The notes beneath the pieces are model-generated. The model was not told the origin of the DNA. It saw nothing but the letters and a program-made list of their open reading frames with translations, and did not search any database. A DNA stretch of 64,000 nucleotides, taken from assembly GCA_965198005.1 (NCBI GenBank), contig CBDAOI010000004.1, positions 512,001 to 576,000 of the forward strand. Direction: 5' to 3'. Position numbers and translations under genes: made by a program. Shown here piece by piece: positions 51,559 through 61,486 of this stretch. Origin of the DNA: Spirochaetia bacterium. Its GTDB lineage: Bacteria; Spirochaetota; Spirochaetia; SZUA-6; Bin103. The stretch's first letter is position 1; each line of letters opens with the position of its first letter.

Positions 51559-52917
51559 CTACGGCAGCCAGCCGGGAGAGCGTCCGGTGAGCGGCCGGCC
51601 GGCCGCCGCGCCGCGCGCAGTATCCCACACCACGATCTCCGATTGCGAATCGGCGGTTTCCAGGGGAATCCGGTGGAAAGCGAGATACCGGCCGTCGGCG
51701 CTCCATTGGGCTGCGCCATGGTCGGCGGCGGCGTCGTCGGTGAGTTGCTGCGCGGAGCCGGCGCGCTCCAGCAGCCACACCTGCCCGCCTCCCCCAGCCC
51801 CCGCGGGGCGCCGCAGCAGGCTCACGCGCGCCCCGTCCGGCGGTGCCCAGCGCAGCCCCCATTCCTCATCCCGGGTGGTGCCGGCACCGGCGAACCAGGG
51901 ACGTTCCAGCGTCAGCGACGGCACGTCCAGCGTCACCAGGCGGGTCCGGAAGTGAGGGTCGTCCACCTGCACGTCGGTCACCACCAGCTTGCCGCCGTCG
52001 GGGCTCCAGACCGGCGGTTCGCCGGTGCGGCTGGGGATGAACGCCGAGGCTCCGTCCCGGAGTTGAACTACGCGCACCCCGTTTTCCAACGGCGCCACCC
52101 ACGCCAGCGACTCGCCGTCGGGCGCCCAGCGCGGCTCGAAGCCGACGAAGCTCGCGTCCTCCAGCACCGGCCGCAACCGGCCGCCGTCGCGGTCGATCAG
52201 GTAGACCCGCGGCGGTGCCGGCAGGGTGCGGCGGGCAAATGCGACCGCGCCCCCGCCCGGCGCCCAGCGCGGCCCGAAGCAGTGGTCGGCGCGGCAGTCG
52301 AGCAGGCGCCGTTCGGCGCCGCCTGCAATGTCCACCACGAACAGATCGTTACCGGCCTGGTCGCGCGGCGCCGAATACACCACGGCCGATCCGTCCTGCG
52401 CCACGTGATAATCCCATACGCCGTCGGGACGGTCGGTGACCTGGAGCGGCGTTCCGGTCAGGCCGGCACTGAACAACTGGTCGCGGCCGGCAGCGTCCGG
52501 ACCGAGGTACATGACACGCAACGGAGCGGTGGTGAACTGCCAACTGCGCGGGCGCAGCAACCGCCGCCCCTGCGCGCCGGCGAGCCCGGCCTCCAAGTAC
52601 AGGGTGTAGGTGGTCGTGCGTTGCAGCGGGCGCCGGGGGCGTAGCGTCACCGTCCGCGTGGACCAGATCAGCTCGACCGGCGTTTCCGGCACCAAGCGCA
52701 CCGGCATCGCGGCCGCACCGGACGGGAGCGCGGCGGGCACCACCGGCTGATCGAACACGATCCGTGGCCGGACCAGAGTCGAAACCAGATCGGCGTCGTC
52801 CGGCGGCCACACTTCGCTGACCCGTACGCCCACGCGATCGCCGATCACGCCCAGCGTGACCACCGCCGCCGCCAGCGCGGCGAGCACGGTCAGGACCAGA
52901 CGGTCGAACGGCGGCAT
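51559..52917 (-). CDS. Membrane-anchored Ig-like plus TolB/PD40 beta-propeller protein
   Basis: TM helix, LRPRRPLQRTTTYTL...WQFTT (Big_5-like), repeated WAPDG/WSPDG/WSADG. Confidence 0.82.
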   Translation of the reverse strand: MPPFDRLVLTVLAALAAAVVTLGVIGDRVGVRVSEVWPPDDADLVSTLVRPRIVFDQPVVPAALPSGAAAMPVRLVPETPVELIWSTRTVTLRPRRPLQRTTTYTLYLEAGLAGAQGRRLLRPRSWQFTTAPLRVMYLGPDAAGRDQLFSAGLTGTPLQVTDRPDGVWDYHVAQDGSAVVYSAPRDQAGNDLFVVDIAGGAERRLLDCRADHCFGPRWAPGGGAVAFARRTLPAPPRVYLIDRDGGRLRPVLEDASFVGFEPRWAPDGESLAWVAPLENGVRVVQLRDGASAFIPSRTGEPPVWSPDGGKLVVTDVQVDDPHFRTRLVTLDVPSLTLERPWFAGAGTTRDEEWGLRWAPPDGARVSLLRRPAGAGGGGQVWLLERAGSAQQLTDDAAADHGAAQWSADGRYLAFHRIPLETADSQSEIVVWDTARGAAAGRPLTGRSPGWLP

Positions 52918-52933
52918 CGCAGACTCAGCAGAC

Positions 52934-53695
52934 TCAATAGTAGAGATAGGGCTGAGCGGGTTGCTCCGCGGCGACCACCTCGGTGGCCACCAGCATCGGC
53001 ACCCGCTCATCCAGGAAGATTTCGACGCTGAATTCGCCGGTCACCCACACCCACGCGTCGTCGTCCAGGAAGTCCGCGTCGGGCCAGCGCACCGCCAGCC
53101 CGATCGGCACCGCGTCGGCGACGCAGCAACTCAACAGGAAGCGACTGACCATGAAGGTTCCGGCGGGGAACCGTTCGTCGCGGTACACGAAGCCGCGCAC
53201 GCGGGCAGTCTCGCCGGCGAATCGGCTGGCATCGCCGCCGGTGCCATCCGCCTGGTGGAACAGCACCAGCCAGTCGAGCACCGTGCGCGCACCGCCCGGA
53301 TCGGCAATGGTCGCGTCGGCGGTGACGGCCCTCCCGGCGGCCGCCGGTATCGCGCCAATCTGCAGCGCCCGGGTGGCCATCGCTGCGGTACCCAGCGGCC
53401 GCGGCGGGATCAGCCCCAGCACTACCGGGAGCGCGAGCAGGCCGATTCCGAGCCACGACAGCCGCTCGTGGTGGCCGCTAGCGTGGCCGCCGCGCACCGC
53501 CGCGGCCATGAGGACCGCCGCCAGCGCCACCAGGCAGGCGACCGCGACCACCGTCAGCCAGCCGTAGCGCAGGTTGACGTAGTAGCCCAGCGAACCGTCG
53601 AGGTAGCGCACCGCCAGCAGCGCGGCCAGCGCCAGCACCACGCCTGCGCGCAGCGCGGCAGCCGCCCGTCCGCCCGGCCGGCGATCCCGGTCCAT
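52934..53695 (-). CDS. TIGR03943/YcgQ-like (DUF1980) membrane protein
   Basis: YYVNLRY, GFVYRD, RFLLSCCVADA, QPYLY. Confidence 0.9.
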   Translation of the reverse strand: MDRDRRPGGRAAAALRAGVVLALAALLAVRYLDGSLGYYVNLRYGWLTVVAVACLVALAAVLMAAAVRGGHASGHHERLSWLGIGLLALPVVLGLIPPRPLGTAAMATRALQIGAIPAAAGRAVTADATIADPGGARTVLDWLVLFHQADGTGGDASRFAGETARVRGFVYRDERFPAGTFMVSRFLLSCCVADAVPIGLAVRWPDADFLDDDAWVWVTGEFSVEIFLDERVPMLVATEVVAAEQPAQPYLYY

Positions 53696-54846
53696 CAGAA
53701 TCCCACCTGGGTAGCGAGCAGCAGGGCCGCCACCAGCGTGCACCCGAGCGGCAGCGCGATCAGGTAGGCCACCACCCGCGACCGGAACACGCTGGAGAAC
53801 ATCAGGGCGCTCTTGATGTCCACCATCGGCCCGAACACCAGGAACGCGAGAATCGAGGCCGGGGTGAAGGTGCCGACGAACGACAGCGCCACGAACGCAT
53901 CCACCGTGGAGCAGACCGAGATGACGAACGCGAGCAGGCTGAGCACCAGCACGGAGCTTACCGCGCCGCCGGCGACCTCCAGGATCGCATCCTGCGGCAC
54001 CAGCGCCTGCAAGGCCGCCGCCAGCAGCGAACCGGCGACCAGGTAGCGCCCGACGTCGAACAGATCGCCGGCCGCCGCCGCGACCGCACTGTGCAGGTGC
54101 TGCAAGAGGTTGCGGCGGCCGCTCCCGGCGTGATGCTCGTGGTGGGGTGGGTGGTGGTGACCGTGCGCATGATCGTGGGGCCGATGGCTCCGGCCGGCGG
54201 CCAGCACCTGGTCTCGCCGGGCCGTCGCGAACAGCAGCGCGATCACGGTGGCGATGCCGAAGCTGAGGGCGAAGCGTGCGACCAGCATCTTGCCCAGGCC
54301 GAAGGCGGCCAGCGTGGCGGCAAACACGATCGGGTTGACCACCGGCGCCGCCAGCAGGAACGCGATGCCGACCGGCAGCGGCAGTCCCTTGGCCAGCAGC
54401 CGGCGCACCACCACCACGATCCCGCATTCGCACACCGGCAGCACGATGCCGAGCCCGGCCCCGGCCAGGGCGGCGAGCAGCGGGTGGCGCGGCAGCCACC
54501 GCGTCAGCGCCTCGGGACGCACGAACACTTCGACGAAACCGGACGCCAGCGCGCCCAGCAGCAGGAACGGCAGCGCCTCGATGAAGATGCCCAGGAAGAT
54601 CGTGGTCAGCGTGAGCAGCCGGTCGGACAGCGCCACCGGCTCGGTAAAGGCGGCCTCGATGGAAGACTGCCGGGCGCCGGCCGCCCAGGACAGGACCACC
54701 GCCGCAACCGCGATCAGCACCACGCCACCGGCCACCCACCGGGCCCGCGGTGACCTCGCTACGATCAGCCGCCCGGCCGCGCCGGCGCGCAGCAACCACC
54801 GCACCGCAGGGATGCCGGCCCCGCTCACGGACGTGTCCGGTGCCAT
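53695..54846 (-). CDS. DUF318/YcgR-like permease with a His-rich loop
   Basis: EALPFLLLG, PVCECG, APVVNP, HDHAHGHHHPPHHEHH, SVCSTVDAF, GPMVDIK. Confidence 0.9.
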   Translation of the reverse strand: MAPDTSVSGAGIPAVRWLLRAGAAGRLIVARSPRARWVAGGVVLIAVAAVVLSWAAGARQSSIEAAFTEPVALSDRLLTLTTIFLGIFIEALPFLLLGALASGFVEVFVRPEALTRWLPRHPLLAALAGAGLGIVLPVCECGIVVVVRRLLAKGLPLPVGIAFLLAAPVVNPIVFAATLAAFGLGKMLVARFALSFGIATVIALLFATARRDQVLAAGRSHRPHDHAHGHHHPPHHEHHAGSGRRNLLQHLHSAVAAAAGDLFDVGRYLVAGSLLAAALQALVPQDAILEVAGGAVSSVLVLSLLAFVISVCSTVDAFVALSFVGTFTPASILAFLVFGPMVDIKSALMFSSVFRSRVVAYLIALPLGCTLVAALLLATQVGF

Positions 54847-54859
54847 ACCCCGGCCCGGC

Positions 54860-55078
54860 TCACCGGGACCCCGGCCGGCCAGCTTGCCTGCCCTTCGTGC
54901 AGGGGTCGCACCTTACCGTCAGCCGGGCGTGACCACGCCGATAGTGGGTGCAGTCGCATGGCTCGGATGTCAGTGTGTCGTGCGAACCGTCACCAGCGCA
55001 AGCGGGCCGCCAGTTATTGCAGCAGGGCTTCGGCCTGGTACCAAGTTCAGGATAGCCGACTACGACGCGCGCTGTCAC
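54860..55078 (-). CDS. Possible 72-aa Cys/His-rich small protein
   Basis: GTGA overlap with the upstream stop, fills the whole gap, 7 Cys and 3 His. Unverified. Confidence 0.3.
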   Translation of the reverse strand: MTARVVVGYPELGTRPKPCCNNWRPACAGDGSHDTLTSEPCDCTHYRRGHARLTVRCDPCTKGRQAGRPGSR

Positions 55079-56454
55079 CCAGCCTCACCCAACAGCCCCT
55101 CACGGCGCAGCGCTTCGAGGGCACGGGTGAAGCCGGCGACGGTGTGGTCGATATCGGCGACGGTGTGGACGGCGGAGACGATGTAGCTGATGCCGCGCAT
55201 GGTGTCGACGCCCTCGTTGAGCAACGCCAGGCGCAGGCAGCGGGCCAGTTCACCGGTGCGGACGGCGCGCAGTCGTTCCCGGTTGACCGCCAGCCACGCG
55301 CGGCCGGCGCCCGGTGCGATGTTGGGCGCAGTGTGCACCAGGGAGCTGTCACGGTAGGCGAAGCCGAGCGCACCGGTGTCCGCGAACGCCTGGTTCAGGC
55401 CGTCGCACAACCGCGCCGCCGCTCGGTCGGCCTGCGCAGTCGGGGACTGTGTGGCGACGAGCTTGAGGCAGGCGATGCCGGCGGCCGCGCTCAGCGGGTT
55501 GGCATTGAAGGTGCCGGGATGCTCGACCCGGGTGCGCAGGTCGCCGCCGCGCACGCCGGGGAACGCGATCTGGTCGATGATCTCGGCGCGTCCGCCCACG
55601 GCACCGCCGGGCAGACCGCCGGCGAGAATCTTGGCCAGGGTGGTGAGGTCCGGCCGTAGCCCCAGCCGTTGTTGCGCTCCGCCGGGCGCGACCCGAAAGC
55701 CGGTGACCACCTCGTCGAAGATCAGCAGGGCGCCGTGCCGCCGGACGATCGTTCCCAGCTCGTGCAGGAATTCGGGCGCCAGCGGGATCTGGCCCATGTG
55801 GGCGCCGGTCGGCTCCACGATGACGGCGGCGAGGTCCGGGTTGGCCGCCAGCGTGTCGTTCAGCAGCTCGAGATCGTCCGGCGGGATTACGTGCACCGTG
55901 GCGCCGATCGCATCCGGAATGCTCGGCCCGGTGGTGACCGGAGGCCCGCTCGCGGTGCCGCTGGCCGCACCGGGGCTGGCGACCGCGTAGTCCTGCCAGC
56001 CGTGAAAGTGGTCGGCGAAGCGCAACACCGCCGAGCGGCCGGTGAACGCGCGCGCCAGGCGCATCGCCATCAGGGTGGCTTCGGTGCCGGAGCTGACGAA
56101 CCGGAGCCGCTCCACGGAGGGCATCAACCGTTGAACACTGTGCCCCCATTCCAGCTCCAACTCGGTATTGCCGCCCAACTGGGTGCCGCGCGCGACCTGC
56201 GCGCGTACCGCCGCCACTACCGCCGGATGAGCGTGGCCGAGCAGCAGCGCGCCGTGCCCCATCACGTAATCGACGTACTCGTGGCCGTCGACGTCGTGCT
56301 TGCGCGGGCCGTGGCCACCGGTGATGGTGATCGGGAACGGGCGCAGGTAACGGACGTCGTGGGTCACCCCGCTGGGAAACACATCGCATGCCGCGCGGTA
56401 CAGCTCGGCCGAGCGGCGGTGGGCCGCGACGTACCGGTCTTCAAGCGTCTGCAT
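55075..56454 (-). CDS. Class-III aminotransferase, HemL/GSA-aminomutase-like
   Basis: RFVSSGTEAT, IFDEVVTGFR, LAKILAGGLP, GTFNANP. TGATG overlap with purK. Confidence 0.88.
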   Translation of the reverse strand: MQTLEDRYVAAHRRSAELYRAACDVFPSGVTHDVRYLRPFPITITGGHGPRKHDVDGHEYVDYVMGHGALLLGHAHPAVVAAVRAQVARGTQLGGNTELELEWGHSVQRLMPSVERLRFVSSGTEATLMAMRLARAFTGRSAVLRFADHFHGWQDYAVASPGAASGTASGPPVTTGPSIPDAIGATVHVIPPDDLELLNDTLAANPDLAAVIVEPTGAHMGQIPLAPEFLHELGTIVRRHGALLIFDEVVTGFRVAPGGAQQRLGLRPDLTTLAKILAGGLPGGAVGGRAEIIDQIAFPGVRGGDLRTRVEHPGTFNANPLSAAAGIACLKLVATQSPTAQADRAAARLCDGLNQAFADTGALGFAYRDSSLVHTAPNIAPGAGRAWLAVNRERLRAVRTGELARCLRLALLNEGVDTMRGISYIVSAVHTVADIDHTVAGFTRALEALRREGLLGEAG

Positions 56455-57635
56455 CAGTTGCCACTCTCCTCCGCGGCTCCGCCGGCGGCCGCCAGCAGCG
56501 ACCGCGCTGCGGTCACCCGCTGCACGGCGGCGGCGGCGGTCGCCGCCAGCGCCGTAAGGTGTCCCATCTTGCGCCCCGCGCGCGCGTCTCGCTTGCCGTA
56601 CAGGTGGAGCTTGACGCCGGGCATGGCCAGCACCCGCGGCCACGCGGGCCGCGCCGCGCCGGGCCACAGGTCGCCCAGCAGGTTGGCCATCGCCGCCGGC
56701 GCGTGCTGCTGCGGATCACCCAGCGGCAGGCCGCACACGGCCCGCACGTGCTGCTCGAACTGGCTGGTGCGGCAGGCGTCGATGGTCAGGTGCCCGGAAT
56801 TGTGCGGCCGCGGTGCAAGCTCGTTCACCAGCAACTCCTCGCCCACCTGAAACAGCTCCACGCACAGCAGCCCGACCAGGTCCAGGGTCTCCAAGATCGC
56901 GCGCGCCAGCTCGCGCGCGCGGCGCCGCACCGCGGCCGAACAGGCGGCCGGCGCCCGCGTGAGGTCCAGAATGTGGCGGCGGTCATGGCGATTCTCGAAC
57001 GGGCCGAAGTCGGCGTACTCCCCGGCCGGGCCGCGCGCTCCGATGACCGACAATTCCCGCTCGAACGGGACCACCCGTTCCAGGATCAGCGGCGCCCCGC
57101 CGGCGGCCTGAATCGCCGCGGCCACCTCGGCGGCGTCGCGCACGCGCCGCTGCCCCTTGCCGTCGTAGCCGAACCCGGCGGTCTTGACCACGGCGGGAAA
57201 GCCGATCCCTGCCGGTGGTTCGGTACCGGGCGCGGCACCGTCCCCGACCGGCGCCCAGGCCGCCACCGGGAACCCGGCGCCGGTCAGAAACCGTTTCTCG
57301 GCGTGTCGGTTCTGCGCCGTGGCCAGGACCTGCGCCGCGGGGCGCACCACGGTCCGCTCCGCCGCAGCGTTGACCGCCGCGCTCGAAATATTCTCGAACT
57401 CGAACGTGAGCAGGTCGACGGCGCCCGCGAACGCAATGATCGCGGCAACGTCGCCGTAGCTGCCCACCACCTCGCGCTCGGCGACCTGCCCCGCGGGCGA
57501 GCCCGGGGCCGGCGAGTAGACGTGCACCCGGTAGCCGAGTGCCGCCGCGGCCAGCGCCAGCATGCGGCCGAGCTGGCCGCCGCCCAGGATGCCGAGGATG
57601 GCGCCGGGCAGGATGGCGGCGGAAGAGGCGGGCAT
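56454..57635 (-). CDS. purK: N5-CAIR synthetase
   Basis: GGGQLGRM, TFEFEN, GYDGKGQ, NELAPRPHNSGH, SQFEQH, LYGK, RKMGH. Confidence 0.96.
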   Translation of the reverse strand: MPASSAAILPGAILGILGGGQLGRMLALAAAALGYRVHVYSPAPGSPAGQVAEREVVGSYGDVAAIIAFAGAVDLLTFEFENISSAAVNAAAERTVVRPAAQVLATAQNRHAEKRFLTGAGFPVAAWAPVGDGAAPGTEPPAGIGFPAVVKTAGFGYDGKGQRRVRDAAEVAAAIQAAGGAPLILERVVPFERELSVIGARGPAGEYADFGPFENRHDRRHILDLTRAPAACSAAVRRRARELARAILETLDLVGLLCVELFQVGEELLVNELAPRPHNSGHLTIDACRTSQFEQHVRAVCGLPLGDPQQHAPAAMANLLGDLWPGAARPAWPRVLAMPGVKLHLYGKRDARAGRKMGHLTALAATAAAAVQRVTAARSLLAAAGGAAEESGN

Positions 57636-57646
57636 CGGCGACCGGG

Positions 57647-58180
57647 TCAGGGGCTGTCGGCCGGCGGAAGACTGGCGCCCAGCACCGCCTCGGTCTGCCG
57701 CCTGCGGAACGCCTCCAACTCGGCGCGCAACGGTGGCCGGTGCAGGGCGGCCACGGCCACCGCCAGCAGGGCGGCGTTGACCGCGCCGGCACGCCCGATC
57801 GCCAGTGTCCCCACCGGCACGCCGGCCGGCATCTGGACGATGGACAGCAGCGAGTCGATGCCCTGCAAGGCCGCACTCCGGACCGGCACCCCCAGCACCG
57901 GCAGCGAAGTGTGCGCGGCGACCATCCCGGGCAGGTGGGCGGCCCCGCCGGCGGCCGCAATGATCACCTCGAGGCCGCGCCCGGCCGCCCCCCGCGCATA
58001 GTCCCGCATGCGGTCCGGCGTGCGATGCGCCGACACCACCTGACACTCGTACGCTACGCTGAACTGCCGCAGCGTCGCGTCCGCATGGCGCATCGTGTCC
58101 CAATCGGAGACGCTGCCCATGATCACCGCGATCACCGGCGACTCCAGCGTGTTGCTCCGGCCCCTGATGTCCTGGTTCAT
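57647..58180 (-). CDS. purE: N5-CAIR mutase
   Basis: [34 protein letters not shown]. Confidence 0.97.
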   Translation of the reverse strand: MNQDIRGRSNTLESPVIAVIMGSVSDWDTMRHADATLRQFSVAYECQVVSAHRTPDRMRDYARGAAGRGLEVIIAAAGGAAHLPGMVAAHTSLPVLGVPVRSAALQGIDSLLSIVQMPAGVPVGTLAIGRAGAVNAALLAVAVAALHRPPLRAELEAFRRRQTEAVLGASLPPADSP

Positions 58181-58325
58181 GCTCGATCAGCCACGTCGCG
58201 CGTCCGCAGTGTACCAGCGGCCGGGGTTCCGGTACTACCCCTGCCTGTAGTGACTGCCAGGATTGCAGGGTCAGCGGGCTGCGGGTCGGTGATGGGTTTA
58301 TCGAATGGTGAATACTTCGAAATCC

Positions 58326-61300
58326 TCAGTGCTCCAGAATATCCTTGAGGGTCCGGGCGGGCGGCAACTGGTCCGCGGGCGGCAGGAAGTGAGGGGGTTT
58401 GAAGAGCGGATTGCCGGGGGACCACAGCTCCACGCTTTCGGCGTTCTCTTCGTAGTAGGCGGGGTCGGTGGTCACCCGCAACGGCTCGGGCATGCCGGGG
58501 GCGAGCAGGCCGTATTCGCGGTGCCCCAGCGGCTGCACGTCGGCGCCGGGGGGCATCAGGTCGGACGAGGCGATGATCCGGTCGAGGTCGTCCATGGTGA
58601 CGGGCGACGGCGCCTGCTCCGGCATGGTGAGCTCGTCGCCCAAAACGGCGTCGATCGCGAAGCTTCCGGCTTCGGCTTCGCGGGCGCGGCGGTCGATCGT
58701 ATCGGCCAGATTGGCGCGGCTCGCGCCGTCCTGCGCGCCGTCCGGAAGCACCGCCTTGGCAATGGCTTGCGGCAACTCGGCCAAGATCGGTTGCAGGCGG
58801 CCCACTACCGTCTCGAACAGACCGATGCGGTTTCTGAGGGCGCGGTAGACATCGGTCTCGACCGTGCCCTCGTAGTGCAGGTTGACGATGCGGATAGTCG
58901 CATGGGCCTGGCCGAGGCGATCGATGCGGCCGATGCGCTGCTCGACCCGCATCGGGTTCCAGGGCATGTCGTAGTTGATCAACGCGCCGCAGAACTGAAA
59001 GTTCAGACCCTCGGCGGCCGCGTCGGTGCAGAGCAGAACGTCTGCCTCGCGGTCGCGGAAGCGGCGTTTGGCGTCGTCTCTGCCGATCGCGCGCCATGAG
59101 CCGTCCGCGGAGGGCACCTCTCCACCGCGGCCCGAGAAGCACATCAGCCGCCAGTCGCCGCCGTTGCTCAGTTCATCGCGCAGGAACTCCATGGTATCGG
59201 TGTACTGGGTAAAGACCATCGCCTGGCGGTGCCCGTCCCGGCGTAGTTGAGCGAGGACTTCCGTCAGGTGCGAGCACTTGCTGTCCGGCGGCAACAGCCG
59301 CACGCGGGTGAGCAGATGCTCGATGTCGGACCGTTCCTCCGCATCCAGGGCCTGCCGCTCACGCTCCCCAATCTCCTCGGCGTCGAGCAATTCGTCCGCC
59401 GTTTCGTCGTCGGGCGCATCTTCGTCGAGGCCGGACAGGTGCGCGCGGTCGCCGCTCTCGACCGCCTCGAGATGCCGCTCCAGGGTGGCGCACAGCGCCC
59501 GGAAACTGCTGGCAAGCCGCCGCCGATAGATCGTCATCACGAACCCGACCGCCGACCGCTCGGCGGCCGCCGCCTGATTGTAGGTGCTCGCGATGTACCC
59601 CTCGACCGCCGCGTACAGGTCTCGCTCCGCCTCCGTCATCTCGATGAAGCGGTCGTCGACCTGTCGTTGCGCGATCGGGGTCGAAAGCAATCCCGCGTCG
59701 AAGTAGCTCCGCAGGAGCGCGCGGGTATGGCGCGAGATGAGATGCCGAATCGGTGTGTGCGCGCGCATCACGTCCAGGGCGGCACGGCGTTCGGCAGTCT
59801 CCAACAGCCGGCGCGGAATCCCGGCCTCGTCGCGCAGGGCGCGAAGCACCTTGTTGGTCTTGAGCGGCGACAGCCCGGTGATGCTCGCGGTGTCCTCTTT
59901 GGCGGCGGCTCCATACTCCCGTTCGACCGCCTGAAACAGCCGCGCCATGCGGTCCAGCGCCTCCGGCGACGGGTTCGGCTGGGCGAGATCGTCGAAGAAC
60001 GTGAGAAACGCCTGCGCCGTCCACTCCGGCGGCAGCCCCAGCAGGCTCAACAGGTCCCATACTTCGACGGGATGCACCTGCATGGGCGTCGCGGTGAGCA
60101 ATACCAGGCCCTCGCTACGCTCCTTGAGCTCCCGCATCAGGCGCAGCAGCGCGTTCGGTCCGCCTTCGCTGACTGACCCCGCCGCGCGCCGGCGGGCGTG
60201 GTGGGCTTCGTCGAGCACCACCAGATCCCAGGGCTCGGCGTCCTGCAGGAGCACCTCCGCCCGGTCGCGCCGCCGCAGCAGATGGCTGGACGCGATCACG
60301 ACCGGTTCGCGGTGCCACTGCCGAGGGTCGACCTCGCGCTCATGCCGCCCGCGCAGCGCCGGCGAGGGGTACCGGATCAGCTTGCGGCCGTCGTAGATCG
60401 GCCAATTGAGATTGAACTTCTCGCGCAGCTCGATCTGCCACTGGCCGAGCACCGCCTTGGGAGCCAGGATCAGAATCCGCCGCGCCCGTCCCGCCAGCCA
60501 CGCTTGCCGCAGCAGCATTCCCGCCTGGATCGTCTTGCCGAGTCCTACCTCATCGGCGATCAGGAGTTTCGGCGGCCACTGGGCGTAGAGGCGTTCGAAC
60601 GCCCGCACCTGATGCGGCCACGGGGTCACCGCCGCCGTGGCTTCGCCGACGCGGGCGCCGCCCGGGCTCAGACCGGGCGCCTCCCTGATGAAGGTCCATG
60701 CCAGGCCCCGCCGATCGATGGCCGCCGGAGCCTCGCTTTTCGTGGTGACCGTAGCTGGATCGCTTGGAACGATGTCCCCCTCCTGCAGGCGCGCGGGCAG
60801 ATCGCCGCTGGGCATGAAGCGCATCAGGTCACGGCGCGCCGCTTCCGGGACATCGAGCACGATCACCCGCCGGGCGCGGCCGGCCCAGAGCCGCGCGAAG
60901 TTCTCCTCTTCGCGGGTCACCCGCTCCGGCTCCGCTCCCCAACTGGTGTAGACGTTGATGCTTTCCCAGTTGTGCTGCCAGCCGGCAGGGGTCTCGTTGA
61001 GGCTGCCGTTCCAGGCGATCCGGTCGCCGGTGCGGTCCTGAATGATGCCCGCCTTCTCGTGGAAGATTCCGTGGCCGGGGATCGGCGTGCGGTCGGCGGC
61101 GCATGGGACCGCCACCTTCACGGTGAGATGACCGCGGGCGATCATCCAGGCGAGCAGTTCGAGGGCGCCGGCGGCACCGGCATCGGGGGGCGCAAGCGGC
61201 ACACCGGCCAAGCGTCGTTCGACCAGATCACGCAGCCGCTCGCCTTGTTCGATTGCCGCGATCTCGGCGGGATCGAGGGTACAACCCACCACCAGCCGCA

Positions 61301-61484
61301 TGTGGCCGCCGTTGCGCACCAAGCCTTCGATGCCGCGCGCCGCCAGGGCCAGCGCGCCGGCGTTGAAATAGCCGGTCAGCCGGTCGTAGCGCTCGGCATC
61401 CTCCAGCGCCGGCACGTAGAACAGCCGGACGAGGTCACCGTCGTCGGGGGTGTATTTGAGCTTCCAGGTGCGGTCGGTGAGCAT
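58326..61484 (-). CDS. PLD-nuclease plus SNF2 helicase fusion (defence-associated)
   Basis: HEKAGIIQD and GSLNET (HKD/PLD), ADEVGLGKT, DEAH, TATP, PWNPMRVEQRIGRIDRLGQ. Confidence 0.92.
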   Translation of the reverse strand: MLTDRTWKLKYTPDDGDLVRLFYVPALEDAERYDRLTGYFNAGALALAARGIEGLVRNGGHMRLVVGCTLDPAEIAAIEQGERLRDLVERRLAGVPLAPPDAGAAGALELLAWMIARGHLTVKVAVPCAADRTPIPGHGIFHEKAGIIQDRTGDRIAWNGSLNETPAGWQHNWESINVYTSWGAEPERVTREEENFARLWAGRARRVIVLDVPEAARRDLMRFMPSGDLPARLQEGDIVPSDPATVTTKSEAPAAIDRRGLAWTFIREAPGLSPGGARVGEATAAVTPWPHQVRAFERLYAQWPPKLLIADEVGLGKTIQAGMLLRQAWLAGRARRILILAPKAVLGQWQIELREKFNLNWPIYDGRKLIRYPSPALRGRHEREVDPRQWHREPVVIASSHLLRRRDRAEVLLQDAEPWDLVVLDEAHHARRRAAGSVSEGGPNALLRLMRELKERSEGLVLLTATPMQVHPVEVWDLLSLLGLPPEWTAQAFLTFFDDLAQPNPSPEALDRMARLFQAVEREYGAAAKEDTASITGLSPLKTNKVLRALRDEAGIPRRLLETAERRAALDVMRAHTPIRHLISRHTRALLRSYFDAGLLSTPIAQRQVDDRFIEMTEAERDLYAAVEGYIASTYNQAAAAERSAVGFVMTIYRRRLASSFRALCATLERHLEAVESGDRAHLSGLDEDAPDDETADELLDAEEIGERERQALDAEERSDIEHLLTRVRLLPPDSKCSHLTEVLAQLRRDGHRQAMVFTQYTDTMEFLRDELSNGGDWRLMCFSGRGGEVPSADGSWRAIGRDDAKRRFRDREADVLLCTDAAAEGLNFQFCGALINYDMPWNPMRVEQRIGRIDRLGQAHATIRIVNLHYEGTVETDVYRALRNRIGLFETVVGRLQPILAELPQAIAKAVLPDGAQDGASRANLADTIDRRAREAEAGSFAIDAVLGDELTMPEQAPSPVTMDDLDRIIASSDLMPPGADVQPLGHREYGLLAPGMPEPLRVTTDPAYYEENAESVELWSPGNPLFKPPHFLPPADQLPPARTLKDILEH

Positions 61485-61486
61485 GC

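Noticed and set aside
54880..55060. SAM-I riboswitch-like words on the minus strand (CTATCC...GAAGCC...AAGGTGC...CCTGCA)
   Set aside because: The core GAGGGA/GGCCC kink-turn and pseudoknot and the P1 pairing were not found. A covariance search would be needed.
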